Shown: piece by piece, positions 1 through 10,350 of the stretch
How the letters are laid out: every line of letters begins with the position of its first letter
How positions within the stretch are numbered: the first letter of the stretch is position 1
Source: an uncultured Bacteriovoracaceae bacterium
Lineage (GTDB): Bacteria > Bdellovibrionota > Bacteriovoracia > Bacteriovoracales > Bacteriovoracaceae
Reading direction: 5' to 3'
Length of the DNA stretch: 64,000 nucleotides
Assembly: GCA_964012805.1 (NCBI GenBank)
Contig: CAXGUD010000020.1
Location: 1 to 64,000 of the forward strand
The notes under the pieces: generated by a model
Told to the model about the DNA's origin: nothing
Seen by the model: the letters and a program-made list of their open reading frames with translations, nothing else
Database searches by the model: none
Program-made: the position numbers and the translations under genes

Positions 1-1476
1 ATTTTTGGACAAAGAGCTGATAAAAAGCTCATTAGAAAAAACAGTGATTTTTGCTCAGTTGAAGGTGTCTTTAAGTGTTTAGGAGCAGAAAACAAAAGCT
101 ACTTTTTTGAAATGGGTTACCCTTATGAAGACGAAATAATTGTTAAGAGAATCATCTATAAGTCTGGAAAATCCAAATCATTTTTAAATCACCAAAGCTG
201 TCCACTTTCTACACTAGTTGAGTTTTCTAAGAAATTCATAGATCTAGTTGGCCAATTTGAGAACCAAAAGCTTCTAAGTAGAGAATACCAAATGCAACTT
301 TTAGATTCATTCGGTGGTACTTCTTCATTTGTCAGCTCTTATTCCAAGATGTGGTCACAATATGGTCTGAAATTAAAGAGGCTTGAAAAAGTTAAAAGAC
401 AAATTGAAGAAGAAGAGCAAAAGAAAGATTTCCTTAATTTTCAAATCCAAGAAATTAAAAGCCTTGACCCCAGTATAGAAGACGAACAAGAATTAATTAG
501 GCTAAAAGATGATTGCTTAGAAAATGAAAACAGAAAAAATGCTCTTAATGAATGCTTATCTAAAATATCTGAAGATGAAAACTGTAATATTTTAGGAGAA
601 CTTCAAGATTGTTTAAAAATCCTTAATTCATTGAATAACTCCACTGAAATTGTTAATCATCTAAACGATTGCTTTACATCTCTAGAAGAAGTTTCATTTA
701 CATTATCATCAGAAATTTCTAAATCTGAAGAAGAAATAGAGCTAGACCCAATACTTGACCGATTGGATAATTATCAAAAACTAAAAAGAAAGTTTAATTC
801 AGATACCCATGGTTTAGTTTTAAAAAAAGAAAGTTTTGAAAGAGAATTAAATGATATCCACGGGCTTAAAAAAGAATTCAAAGAAATATCGGAAGAAATA
901 CAAATAATACATAAATCTTTAATGGAGCTAGCTGAAGAGATCCATGAAAAAAGAACTATTCACGCAAAAGAGCTTTCGAAAAAACTAACTAAAGAAATAC
1001 AAAATTTAAAAATGGAAGGGGCTTCTGTAAATATTTCTATTTCCAAAAATAAAACCCTCAATGAAAGTGGTATATCAAATCTTATTTTTAATGTTGAAAC
1101 AAATCCCGGTGAGGGTTTTTACGAAATAAAAGAGGTTGCATCTGGCGGGGAACTTTCAAGAATCCTCCTAGCATTAAGAACAATCCTTTCCAATAGCGAC
1201 TCAATTTCTATATTTTTCTTTGATGAGATTGACGCTGGAATTGGAGGAGAAACAGCTCTATTTATTGGAAAGGCCCTTTTAAAAGTTGCACAACATTCAC
1301 AGGTAATTGCAATCACACACCTTCCACAAATAGCAAACTTTGCCAACAAACTCATTCATGTTTCAAAGATTTCTGAAAAAGACCCATCAAGCTCAGTAAG
1401 GACTATTTCCCATATTCAAGAAATAACGGGAAAGGAAAAAGTTGAATATATTCAAGCAATGAACCCTTTACACTAA
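1..1476 (+). CDS. recN: DNA repair protein RecN (5'-truncated by window edge)
   Basis: Frame open from base 1 (IFGQRADKKLIR...); coiled-coil body; C-terminal ASGGELSR signature, FFFDEIDAGIGG Walker B and ITHLPQIA motif. Confidence 0.95.
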   Translation: MFGQRADKKLIRKNSDFCSVEGVFKCLGAENKSYFFEMGYPYEDEIIVKRIIYKSGKSKSFLNHQSCPLSTLVEFSKKFIDLVGQFENQKLLSREYQMQLLDSFGGTSSFVSSYSKMWSQYGLKLKRLEKVKRQIEEEEQKKDFLNFQIQEIKSLDPSIEDEQELIRLKDDCLENENRKNALNECLSKISEDENCNILGELQDCLKILNSLNNSTEIVNHLNDCFTSLEEVSFTLSSEISKSEEEIELDPILDRLDNYQKLKRKFNSDTHGLVLKKESFERELNDIHGLKKEFKEISEEIQIIHKSLMELAEEIHEKRTIHAKELSKKLTKEIQNLKMEGASVNISISKNKTLNESGISNLIFNVETNPGEGFYEIKEVASGGELSRILLALRTILSNSDSISIFFFDEIDAGIGGETALFIGKALLKVAQHSQVIAITHLPQIANFANKLIHVSKISEKDPSSSVRTISHIQEITGKEKVEYIQAMNPLH

Positions 1477-2232
1477 AGGCAAAAACTGAGGCTTATTATT
1501 ATCGATATGAAGAAACTTTTTTGATTTGGGTATAAAACCATTATTTAAATAAAAAAAACCTTTCTCCGATTCATAGAACTCTTCTACATGACTATGGCCG
1601 CAGACAACAAAATCTACGTCCATTTTTTTCAATTTTTTTTGAAAAAATCTTTCAACTGAAACTCTATATTTAGTTTTAATTCTATCTAAAAATGTCTCTG
1701 AATCATATTTATGATTTCTTTTTCTTGAGTCATCTGAAATTTTGCGACCCAGATCTTTTATAAATGAATAAGTAAAAAAGTTATCTGACAAAAAGCTTAG
1801 AAAACGGTTTCTAATAAGTAACTTATATATTTTATAGTAGTAATTTCCTATTTCGATATCATCACCATGGCTAAAATAATATCCTTTATCCTTAACTCTA
1901 AGAGGTTTTCCTCCCTTAATATATTCGAAAGAGCTTTTTTCCAACTTTCTGTTATCCAAAAAGAAATTAAAAAGTCCTTTTAAATGAAAATCATGATTTC
2001 CTTCAAAAAAGATAACTTTTTTACCTTTTCTCAAAAGTTTTTCTAATTGCAAAAAGAACTCTTCAAACTCATCAATATACTCCTGGTGATTTCCCACCAT
2101 AAGATCAAATATGTCTCCTAAAAATATAATTAAATCTGAATCGAGGACACTTTTATGATTCATGAACGAAAGAAGGTAATCATAATTCTTTTCTTTGGTC
2201 ACATGAATATCTGAAATAGTACTTATTTTCAT
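1468..2232 (-). CDS. lpxH: UDP-2,3-diacylglucosamine hydrolase (metallophosphoesterase)
   Basis: SDIH, LGDIFD, EGNHDF, SHGD and CGHSH motifs; start placed at the ATG of MKISTISDIH. Confidence 0.75.
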   Translation of the reverse strand: MKISTISDIHVTKEKNYDYLLSFMNHKSVLDSDLIIFLGDIFDLMVGNHQEYIDEFEEFFLQLEKLLRKGKKVIFFEGNHDFHLKGLFNFFLDNRKLEKSSFEYIKGGKPLRVKDKGYYFSHGDDIEIGNYYYKIYKLLIRNRFLSFLSDNFFTYSFIKDLGRKISDDSRKRNHKYDSETFLDRIKTKYRVSVERFFQKKLKKMDVDFVVCGHSHVEEFYESEKGFFYLNNGFIPKSKKFLHIDNNKPQFLPLV

Positions 2233-2269
2233 TTGGTGATTATGTACGAAGGCCAACAATAATACAAAC

Positions 2270-2971
2270 CTAGCTTAAATCATTTAAAAGACCTATATGA
2301 CTTAAAAGAACCTTGTCGAGGATTTCTTTAGAGTCTTTATCTAAATTATCGAATTTAAAGGAAACTCTTGTTCCTCCGTAAGGGCAGCTCTCCAAAAGGT
2401 ACGGCTTTAATTGGAGTATATTAACAATTGTGCACTCGCAAAAAGCTTTTTTTTCGCCCACCGTTATTTCGACTCGAGGTATTTTTTCCTGGATCTCACC
2501 CCTAAAATGTTCTGTTTTGTTAAACACAATGCTCATACCGCCAGAACCCAAGTCAAAAACTTTTTTATTCCAACTTTTTCCCTTTAGTTCAAAAGTGGCC
2601 AAGATATCAGCTTCAAGCTGGACTCGATCCCACCCCCTCCTATCATGAACCTTAAAAATTGTCGGATATCCTATTTTTATCCTACCCGCATCATCCACAT
2701 GCTTAAACTCCGCTGAAAAAATTAGGAGTTTTTTAGGCACGTAAATATTAACAGTACCCATACCTGAAACCAATTCTCTAACCAGAAAAACAGACTTACT
2801 GTCGGGAGTTAGAATAATTTCCTCTTCAGAGCCGTCGATAGAGTGAAGTGTTAACTCGACTTTTAATGTGTGATCATTAAAAACATACCAAGCAAAGACA
2901 CTTTCACCCTTATCTTTAGCTTCATTTAAAACCTCTAAGATGTCATTTAAGTCTTCAATAAGTTTTTCCAT
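2270..2971 (-). CDS. PilZ-domain protein (YcgR/flagellar-brake-like architecture)
   Basis: RRGWDR (RxxxR) and DLGSGG (D/NxSxxG-like) motifs in the C-terminal half; start set at the ATG following a G-rich SD-like sequence. Confidence 0.65.
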   Translation of the reverse strand: MEKLIEDLNDILEVLNEAKDKGESVFAWYVFNDHTLKVELTLHSIDGSEEEIILTPDSKSVFLVRELVSGMGTVNIYVPKKLLIFSAEFKHVDDAGRIKIGYPTIFKVHDRRGWDRVQLEADILATFELKGKSWNKKVFDLGSGGMSIVFNKTEHFRGEIQEKIPRVEITVGEKKAFCECTIVNILQLKPYLLESCPYGGTRVSFKFDNLDKDSKEILDKVLLSHIGLLNDLS

Positions 2972-3022
2972 AACCCCACCCCATGGCCTTGCTAGGAAGC
3001 GACCCCTAGCAAGGCTGGGCTT

Positions 3023-3052
3023 AAAAACCAAGAGGCTAAAGCTGCCCCTTGG
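3023..3052 (-). terminator. Intrinsic terminator of flagellin gene
   Basis: Minus strand CCAAGGGGC-agcttta-GCCTCTTGG (9-bp stem with one G-U) followed by TTTTT, about 40 nt after the flagellin stop. Confidence 0.7.
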
Positions 3053-3094
3053 AATCCTTTTAAGCTTATTTTTCTAAAAACTATTGTTTTAATT

Positions 3095-3925
3095 TCAACC
3101 AATCAACCTCAATGCAGAGTTTGGAGTGCTATTGGCTTGAGTCAAAGTTGCAATACCAGCACTTTTTAGAACTGCTGTTGAAGCTAAGTTAGCGGTTGCT
3201 TTAGCAACATCAACATCCTGAATAACTGATCTTGCATTATCTTGGTTAATGGTCTGAATCTCTAAGTTGTTTATCGTTGATTGCAAACGAGATTGGATCG
3301 CACCAAGCTTCGCTCTTTGTCCCGAAACTCTATCAATTGCCTCATCAACTGAGTCAATGGATGACATTGCGGAATCTTTATCTGTAACTGATGAGCCTGC
3401 AATTCCTATATTGTCAGTTGTTGAATTTGTTTCACCAGCATCGAAAGCAATTCTATTAAACTCTCCACCTGAGGACCCAACATGAAAATGAAGAGTCTCT
3501 GCTTCACCTTTTAGTAGGTTGGTTCCATTGAAAATTGTGGAATCGGAAATACGATCAATCTCAGTGCTCAGCTCCTCATATTCATTGTTAAGAAATTCCC
3601 TTTCCTTATTTCCAACCGTATCAGAAGATGATTGGATAGTAAGCTCTCTTAAGCGGATAAGGATGTTTGAGATTTCACTTAACCCTCCTTCCGCTGTCTG
3701 AATAAGAGAAACACCATCATTAGCATTCCTCGTAGCCTGTCTTAAACCCTTAGTTGTTGCCTCTAATCTAGTCGCAATCGCTAGACCAGCAGCATCATCT
3801 GCTGCTTTTGTAATTCGTTTACCTGAAGATAGTCTTTCTAAGTCTGCAGTTTCCTTCATCGATGTGTTCTTTAAGTTTCTTTGAACCATCTGGGAAGAGA
3901 TGTTTGTTTTAATTCTTAAGCCCAT
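3095..3925 (-). CDS. fliC: Flagellin (short, 276 aa)
   Basis: MGLRIKTN, ERLSSGKRI..AADDAAGLAI, NANDGVSLIQTAEGGL and RAKLGAIQSRL motifs. Confidence 0.97.
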   Translation of the reverse strand: MGLRIKTNISSQMVQRNLKNTSMKETADLERLSSGKRITKAADDAAGLAIATRLEATTKGLRQATRNANDGVSLIQTAEGGLSEISNILIRLRELTIQSSSDTVGNKEREFLNNEYEELSTEIDRISDSTIFNGTNLLKGEAETLHFHVGSSGGEFNRIAFDAGETNSTTDNIGIAGSSVTDKDSAMSSIDSVDEAIDRVSGQRAKLGAIQSRLQSTINNLEIQTINQDNARSVIQDVDVAKATANLASTAVLKSAGIATLTQANSTPNSALRLIG

Positions 3926-3997
3926 TTTTAATCTCCTTTCTAAAACCAGAGTAGAATAATCAACTTTTTAACTGAGTCGCGAAGTCAGTTGTGGGAG

Positions 3998-4024
3998 ATA
4001 TCGACACCGAACAAAACAACTTTA
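3998..4024 (-). promoter_or_regulatory. Sigma-28 (FliA) promoter of flagellin
   Basis: Minus strand TAAA-N15-GTCGATAT versus consensus TAAA-N15-GCCGATAA, about 70 nt upstream of the ATG. Confidence 0.8.
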
Positions 4025-4125
4025 ATCAATTATTATTTTTTTCAGAGCTTTTTGATAAGTTTTTTTAAAAAATCAATTAAAACAAACACTTAGATTTAAA
4101 AAGAGTTCTTGACACAAAAAATCAA

Positions 4126-4590
4126 CTATTGTTTTCCCTGAAGATCTTGAATTAATTTGGTGGTTGAGTGTCCCTGAACAAAGGTAAGGCTTTCCACTTC
4201 ACCTCCATAAGAAAGAACAAAACTAGAGCCAACAATTTGCTCTTTACTCCAATCTCCACCTTTCACCAAAACATCTGGCTTCACTAACTTAATAAGCTCC
4301 AGAGGTGTTTCTTCATCAAAAACTTCAACAAAATCGACAAACTTTAGGCTTTCCAAAAAGAACTTTCTATCCAACTCTGAGTTAATTGGTCTTTCAGGAC
4401 CTTTAAGGCGCCTTACAGAAACATCTGAGTTCAACCCAACAAAAAGTAAATCTCCTTTTTGACGAGCTGAAGCAAGGTAAGTTAAGTGTCCACGATGGAG
4501 AATATCGAAGCAACCATTCGTGAAAATGAGCTTCCTATCTTTTCTATTTTCTAAAAATTTAGATGCCTGTTTAGTGAGACTTTTTCTCAT
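4126..4590 (-). CDS. rfaE2: D-glycero-beta-D-manno-heptose 1-phosphate adenylyltransferase (RfaE domain II)
   Basis: FTNGCFDILHRGH, VGLNSD.SVRRLKG..RP and LVKGGDW motifs. Confidence 0.92.
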   Translation of the reverse strand: MRKSLTKQASKFLENRKDRKLIFTNGCFDILHRGHLTYLASARQKGDLLFVGLNSDVSVRRLKGPERPINSELDRKFFLESLKFVDFVEVFDEETPLELIKLVKPDVLVKGGDWSKEQIVGSSFVLSYGGEVESLTFVQGHSTTKLIQDLQGKQ

Positions 4591-5326
4591 TCTTTACCAA
4601 CTTTGAATCAGATAGTTTTCCTTGAAAATCTACGATCAATGGTAAAAAGGCAACTAAAAAAGAGCTTAAAGTAATAAGGCTCCGTAAAAAGGTGTGTTTA
4701 AAAGTAAGGTGTTCATCATTTAAAGCAACAAGCCTTAGATTAAATAAAGTTTTGCCAGGAGTTCCGTCCAGGTCTAAAAAAGAGAAATAAGTTATATAAA
4801 AAACTGAGAATAAAATAAAAAAAGCTTTCAAAAAACTTACTGACATCAAAAAGCCTAGTAACTCGTTTGCTTTAATGGGAGAAAAGTAAAAAAAACACAG
4901 AAAAGTCACAGAAGTTAAAGTAATTACAATAAGAAAGTCTACAGCATAAGAAGAAAGTTGCTCCAAAAAAGAGGCGTTGCGCAAACTATTATTCTCAGGG
5001 GTATTCGGTTCGCCTTCCTCATTAACAGAGTCGTCTACCCCCTTACTTGGCCAAATATTTGAGTGCTCATAAAAAGTTCCCAATGACTCTTGACCTTTTG
5101 AAGGCAGGGCCTGGTTTACTCTAAATTTATTTTGTGTCTGTGATGGCTTTACTTGAGTACTGGAAATAACAGCTTTAGGTGGGTCTTTTTTATGAAATCC
5201 TAAGCCTTTTGTAAGAGGTTTAAAGCTCACTTCATCTAAGTTAAACTCTTCGTTTCCCTCTAGCACACTCTCCCTCCTGGATAAGGTTTCTAGATTAAGG
5301 CTCTCATAAATGGTCCTCGTCCACAA
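4571..5326 (-). CDS. RDD-family membrane protein with disordered N-terminus
   Basis: C-terminal TM segments with AVD, GTPGK.LF.LR and final SDS motif; start uncertain. Confidence 0.7.
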   Translation of the reverse strand: MWTRTIYESLNLETLSRRESVLEGNEEFNLDEVSFKPLTKGLGFHKKDPPKAVISSTQVKPSQTQNKFRVNQALPSKGQESLGTFYEHSNIWPSKGVDDSVNEEGEPNTPENNSLRNASFLEQLSSYAVDFLIVITLTSVTFLCFFYFSPIKANELLGFLMSVSFLKAFFILFSVFYITYFSFLDLDGTPGKTLFNLRLVALNDEHLTFKHTFLRSLITLSSFLVAFLPLIVDFQGKLSDSKLVKNEKKSH

Positions 5327-5331
5327 TAAAT

Positions 5332-6045
5332 TTATTCAATAAGGCAACCCATCAAAAAGCCAACGGCAACAGACAATGCATGCGGTGCCCTTAAAATTGG
5401 TGTAGGTAAGTGAACTTTTACAACCTTAGATACGCTTTTTAAATTACTTTCCTCCTTAGGAGAAAAGCCTCCCTCCGGGCCAATTATAACCAAACCCTTC
5501 TCAAAGTTATTTATTTGATTTCTTGGAGCTTCTACACAATCTTTTGAAGAAAAAAGAAAAACTTTATCGTAGTCTTCAAATAAAACCTCAAGTTCACTAA
5601 AACCGATCACTTCCTTGAATTTTGGAAAAAAAGGGTTATTCGATTGAATAAGAGCACTTTCTAAAAGTTTCTCTACCCTTTCCTTGTTGAAGGGGTAACG
5701 AGATGAGTAGTCGGAATAAATCGGATAAATTTTATTAATACCCAACTCTGTTGCAATTTTTAATATTTCATCAGAAGCATTTTTTTTTGGGGAACAAAAA
5801 GCTAAATCAAGAGAAGGCTTATTTGGTTCGATTACATTAGATTCAATAATCTTAACTTGCAACTCCCTTTTTCCATGAGATTCGACTTTAGCTGTTACAG
5901 TAAGCCCCCTCCCGTCAAGAATTAAGATATTTTCACCAATTTTGACTCTAGCAACTTTTTGTAAATGATGTGCTTTATCACCTTTAACTGTTATTAAACC
6001 CTTTTTAATTTCATTTTTTAAATCTTTTATATAGACGGCCCTCAT
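5332..6045 (-). CDS. rsmE: 16S rRNA m3U1498 methyltransferase
   Basis: HHLQKVAR, ATELG, IIGPEGGFS and ILRA motifs. Confidence 0.92.
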   Translation of the reverse strand: MRAVYIKDLKNEIKKGLITVKGDKAHHLQKVARVKIGENILILDGRGLTVTAKVESHGKRELQVKIIESNVIEPNKPSLDLAFCSPKKNASDEILKIATELGINKIYPIYSDYSSRYPFNKERVEKLLESALIQSNNPFFPKFKEVIGFSELEVLFEDYDKVFLFSSKDCVEAPRNQINNFEKGLVIIGPEGGFSPKEESNLKSVSKVVKVHLPTPILRAPHALSVAVGFLMGCLIE

Positions 6046-7034
6046 GACCTTTCCTTTTTAAAAAGAAGAGCAGCCCAAGCTCCCTTAACCTTTTCCTCCA
6101 AAAACAAAAAGCCTTTCAAAGAGAACTCCTCCTTTATACTTTCTCTTTGCTCTAAAAGAATTCCCGAAAGAATTAAGTGGCCACCTTCTAGTAAACACTC
6201 ATCTAAAAGTGAGGACTCTTTTAAAAGAACATGCTCCAAAATATTTGCAAAAACCAGGTTATATTTTTTTACCGGTAAAAACCTTTCTCTGGAAACTAAT
6301 CTACATTTACCTAATGCCTCATCTTTAAAATTAATTTCTAAATTATTTTTACAGTTTTCAAGGGCTTCTATTTCCAGGTCACAAAAATCAATAGATAAAT
6401 TTTCAATTAATTTTAAAGCTGCTATCCCGAGTATCCCAGAGCCACACCCAAAATCTAGACAGTTATCAAAAGCAACTTTCTTCTTATGGACCAGATCATC
6501 CACAATCTTAAGGCATAAATAAGTTGTTTCATGGTTTCCCGTACCAAAGCCCATTCCCGGATATATAAAAAGAGCCTCTTTCTTGTCTTTCCAGTCTTCT
6601 TTTTCCCATTCTGGTACAATTTTTAGATTATTTGAAACCTTAATGGTCTCAAATGACTTCCTCCATTCAGAGTTCCAATCTATCCAAGGCTTTAATTCCT
6701 TCTCAAAAATTATACCCGGAAAACTAACTTCTAAATATTTTTGAAAGTTATCCACATTACTTTTATGATCTTCTTCATAGAAAAATAACTTAATCCATCT
6801 CTCTGCTTCGAAATCTTGGGAGGCTTCAATCGTTTCTAAAACATTTTCTGGAATACTTTCACCAGAGTAAGCCCTTTCTCCAAGTGCTCTATCAACTTCT
6901 GGTTCATCCATAAAAAAATCTAAACTTCCGCCACAGAAATAGTCTTCAAAGGCTTTTTGCTTTATAGACTCAAGCCAATTGCCTTTTTGTTCAATAATTT
7001 TTATTGATACTTCTGAATACGTTTTTTCTTCCAT
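6042..7034 (-). CDS. prmA: Ribosomal protein L11 methyltransferase
   Basis: DWNSEW, PGMGFGTGNHETT, LDFGCGSGIL, ANIL and LILSGIL motifs; upstream of rsmE. Confidence 0.93.
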   Translation of the reverse strand: MEEKTYSEVSIKIIEQKGNWLESIKQKAFEDYFCGGSLDFFMDEPEVDRALGERAYSGESIPENVLETIEASQDFEAERWIKLFFYEEDHKSNVDNFQKYLEVSFPGIIFEKELKPWIDWNSEWRKSFETIKVSNNLKIVPEWEKEDWKDKKEALFIYPGMGFGTGNHETTYLCLKIVDDLVHKKKVAFDNCLDFGCGSGILGIAALKLIENLSIDFCDLEIEALENCKNNLEINFKDEALGKCRLVSRERFLPVKKYNLVFANILEHVLLKESSLLDECLLEGGHLILSGILLEQRESIKEEFSLKGFLFLEEKVKGAWAALLFKKERS

Positions 7035-8602
7035 TTAGCCTCCAATCCGCAAAGATTTCTTATCTTTAACAAAGGATAAAAGCTACCGTTTGGAAAAATT
7101 TTTATTTTTTCTATACAATTTCTACTAACCCATAAAACTTTGGGATGCCATAAGTTCAAATAGATATACTCATTGTTGGCAAATTTCTGAACCTTTTCAA
7201 AAGCAATCCTCCTACTTTCTTTATTTAAAACTGATGATGCATCACTCAAAAGCTTATCCATTTGACTACTTCCATACCTTCCTCGGTTTCTTCCTCTTGG
7301 AGGGAGTGATTTACTGTGAAAAAGAGAGTTAAAAAAATCAGGCCCGGTAAAACCAATCCATGAACCTAAAACGAGGTCAAAATCACCTCGTTTAAAAGCT
7401 CTGTAATACGCTCCCCACTCATTTCTAATAACAAATACTCTAATACCATTTTGCTCCAAAGAGTTTTGGATTGTCTTAGCAAGTTCATAGGTATTTTTAT
7501 TATTTGAAATTCTCCACCTCAACTTAATTTCAGTACCGTCCTTTTGGAAGAATCCATTTCTGCCTTTTTGATAGCCAGCCTCCTTTAACAATTTTTTGGC
7601 TAAGCTTGGATCATATTCATCTATTTCTTTACCCTGAATTGAGCTACTAAAGGCATCTGAAAAGAGCCCTCGAGATAGCACAGCTGCATTTGCAAGCTTA
7701 TACTTCAATAAGTCTTTTCTAGGAATTAGATGAGATAGAGCCTTTCTTACCAGTCTATTTTTCAAATGCTTATTTTTATGATTAATCCCTATATATTTAT
7801 AGTTTGAACTCTGCTGCTCCCAAAAATTAAGATTAAGCTCCTTTTTATTTTTCTTTAGCCAATTAAGCTTTCTCGGAGAAAACTCTATCAACGATAAATC
7901 AACCTCTTTATTTATTAGCTTTAAAGTTAAGGTTGTTTCATCCTTTACCGTTTTGAATAAAAGATCTGGTCGAGTACCTTTTTCAACAGGTAATAATCTA
8001 AAGGATAAGTCCTTAATTTCTCCGAACCTATAAAGACCAGCTCCTACAATATCGATTTGATCAAACTTTTTTTTCCCAAAGTTTTTTACTTTCAAGATTT
8101 TAAATAAAGAAAGGTCAGAGAGATTATCTGGAGAATACTTTTGATAAACAAGCTCAACCTTATACTTGTTATGAACTATAACTTTTTCTATTTTAGAAAA
8201 TGCAAATCTAAAAATTGATTTAATATTTTTTTTATCTGTGAAATATTTCCAAGACTTTTCCACATCATTTGCATCAACCTCTTCTCCATCCCAAAACTTT
8301 AAGCCTTTCTTTAACTTAAAAACCAAATGATGCTTATTCCCCTTTACCTCCTCTTCATACGATTCACACAACCTACATGCGAAGTCCATATTAGGACCAA
8401 TATCGGTTAAGGATATATGGACTAACCGATGGACATTTTGAGAATTCGAATCAGTCGCAAAAAATGGATTTTTTAGAGATTGAGGGAAACTTGAAAGGGC
8501 AACCTTTAACTCTGGGGACTTCCCCTTTCCCTGAGATGCAAAAGATATAACAGAAAGAGTCATAGTAACCAAAAAAAAGAATATTTTCATATAGGCTCCC
8601 AA
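7001..8602 (-). CDS. ABC transporter substrate-binding protein, family 5 (peptide/nickel)
   Basis: Signal peptide; LKKGLKFWDGE.V.A.DV, VRKALSHLI and YDPSLAKKLLKEAG motifs; no permease or ATPase gene adjacent. Confidence 0.85.
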   Translation of the reverse strand: MGAYMKIFFFLVTMTLSVISFASQGKGKSPELKVALSSFPQSLKNPFFATDSNSQNVHRLVHISLTDIGPNMDFACRLCESYEEEVKGNKHHLVFKLKKGLKFWDGEEVDANDVEKSWKYFTDKKNIKSIFRFAFSKIEKVIVHNKYKVELVYQKYSPDNLSDLSLFKILKVKNFGKKKFDQIDIVGAGLYRFGEIKDLSFRLLPVEKGTRPDLLFKTVKDETTLTLKLINKEVDLSLIEFSPRKLNWLKKNKKELNLNFWEQQSSNYKYIGINHKNKHLKNRLVRKALSHLIPRKDLLKYKLANAAVLSRGLFSDAFSSSIQGKEIDEYDPSLAKKLLKEAGYQKGRNGFFQKDGTEIKLRWRISNNKNTYELAKTIQNSLEQNGIRVFVIRNEWGAYYRAFKRGDFDLVLGSWIGFTGPDFFNSLFHSKSLPPRGRNRGRYGSSQMDKLLSDASSVLNKESRRIAFEKVQKFANNEYIYLNLWHPKVLWVSRNCIEKIKIFPNGSFYPLLKIRNLCGLEAKWKKKRIQKYQ

Positions 8603-8693
8603 AGTATCACTCTCTAGAAAATATCATCTTTAATCTTTCTAAGGCAAATACAATGTGCTACAGCATTTAAAAGAAATAAAAGGAATGGTCTCT

Positions 8694-10337
8694 ATGACAA
8701 TTAAAAGCGACAACGTCTTTTCCATTACACCAATTGGTGGGTTGGGACAAATTGGCTCAAATATGACTCTTGTTTCAGGACAAGAAGAATCAGTTATTAT
8801 TGATTGCGGTATTCTTTTTCCAAACGAAGATAGCTTTGGAGTTAATTATATTATTCCTAGCCTTGAAGTTTTAAAGAAGCATGACCCAAAACATTTAATT
8901 ATAACTCATGGACATGAGGACCATATTGGAGCAATTTCTCATATCTTATTAGCGTTTCCTTCAATAAAAGTTTGGTCCTCTCCTTTTTCCTCCGAGCTTA
9001 TTAAAAGAAAACTTAAGCGAGATAAAATAAATAGAAAAATAGAGATCTTCAAAGAAAAAGATGAAATAGAATTTAATGATTTTTCAGTAATCCCTATTCA
9101 CACAAACCATTCAATTCCTGAAACTAATGGACTCTTGTTTAAATTTACCTCTAAAAATGTATGTTTTTTTCTTATTTCAGACTTTAAGTTTGATAATCAA
9201 ACTCCCTATGAACCTCCTATGGACCTAAAATTTATCAAGGAAAAGACAAAGAACTTTGAGAAAAGGCTTCTTCTAGTCGATAGTACCAATATCAAGAGCA
9301 GAAATACAAAAACCTTTTCTGAGGCAGACATAATACCAAAAATTGAGAATATTATAGAAACCAATAAAAAAAGAATTTTCATCACACTTTTTCCATCAAA
9401 TATTTTTAGACAAAAAACTATCTTAAATGCTTGCAAAAAGCTTAAAAGAAATGTCATCCCATATGGTAAATCAGTAGAAAACTACCTTCAAACAGCAATA
9501 GACACAAATCTTATTAAAGAAAACTTCAAAAATATCAAAGATGTAAAAAGCACTGATTGTGAAAGTGACAAAAATGTTATCATCATCTCAGGATGCCAAG
9601 GAGATTTTAAAGGAGCCTTAAGAAGAGTCGCTGTTGGAGAAGATACTTATTTTAAAATAAAAAAAGGCGATCTATTTATTTTTAGCTCCACTCCAATACC
9701 AGGAAATGAAAAAAAGGTTTCACAAATTATTAATAAAATTTATGAGGCTGGAGGAGAAGTCATTACTAATAACGATCTTTTAATTCATTCTTCAGGCCAT
9801 GCTGGAAAAGAGGATCTAAAGATTATTTATAGAGCTTTTAATCCTACGGACATCATTCCAATTCATGGAGAATCCTCCCTTTTAAATTATCATAAAAAGT
9901 TTATAGAAGATTCCTATCCAAGCGCAAAACCTCATTTAATGTATAATTTTGATAACCTGGTCGTAAAAAATAATCTTGATTTGCACGTTTATAAAAACGA
10001 ACCCATCGAAAATATCTTTATCCATGGGAAAGGAATTCCATTGGATAAAGATGCCTTTAGGCAAAGACGGAAACTAGCTTCAATGGGGATAATTTTTATT
10101 TCACTTAAAGTTGATACTCTTAATAGAAAAAAAATCACACAAAAAGTAGACTTTATGGGTCTGCCACAAATTTTAGACCAATATAAAGACAATTTAATTA
10201 ACCTAATCAATAATCACTTTAATAAAAATAAAGTTAGGTCATTTGAGAAAACAGAAGACAACCTTAAGGTAGAAGTAAGAAAAATGTGTAATCAACATTT
10301 GGGCTATAAACCTCAAGTTTTAATTCATTTTATTTGA
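8694..10337 (+). CDS. rnj: Ribonuclease J
   Basis: PIGGLGQIGSNM, THGHEDHIG, HSIP, DSTN, HSSGHA and PIHGE motifs. Confidence 0.93.
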   Translation: MTIKSDNVFSITPIGGLGQIGSNMTLVSGQEESVIIDCGILFPNEDSFGVNYIIPSLEVLKKHDPKHLIITHGHEDHIGAISHILLAFPSIKVWSSPFSSELIKRKLKRDKINRKIEIFKEKDEIEFNDFSVIPIHTNHSIPETNGLLFKFTSKNVCFFLISDFKFDNQTPYEPPMDLKFIKEKTKNFEKRLLLVDSTNIKSRNTKTFSEADIIPKIENIIETNKKRIFITLFPSNIFRQKTILNACKKLKRNVIPYGKSVENYLQTAIDTNLIKENFKNIKDVKSTDCESDKNVIIISGCQGDFKGALRRVAVGEDTYFKIKKGDLFIFSSTPIPGNEKKVSQIINKIYEAGGEVITNNDLLIHSSGHAGKEDLKIIYRAFNPTDIIPIHGESSLLNYHKKFIEDSYPSAKPHLMYNFDNLVVKNNLDLHVYKNEPIENIFIHGKGIPLDKDAFRQRRKLASMGIIFISLKVDTLNRKKITQKVDFMGLPQILDQYKDNLINLINNHFNKNKVRSFEKTEDNLKVEVRKMCNQHLGYKPQVLIHFI

Positions 10338-10350
10338 TAAAGTTATATTA

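Noticed and set aside
2986..3066. c-di-GMP-I riboswitch upstream of the PilZ gene
   Set aside because: No GNRA tetraloop/receptor pair or GGCAAA-type P1 motif is visible; only plain hairpins.
4070..4095. IHF-like site upstream of the flagellin promoter
   Set aside because: AAACAAacacTTA is a one-mismatch match that is expected by chance in AT-rich DNA.
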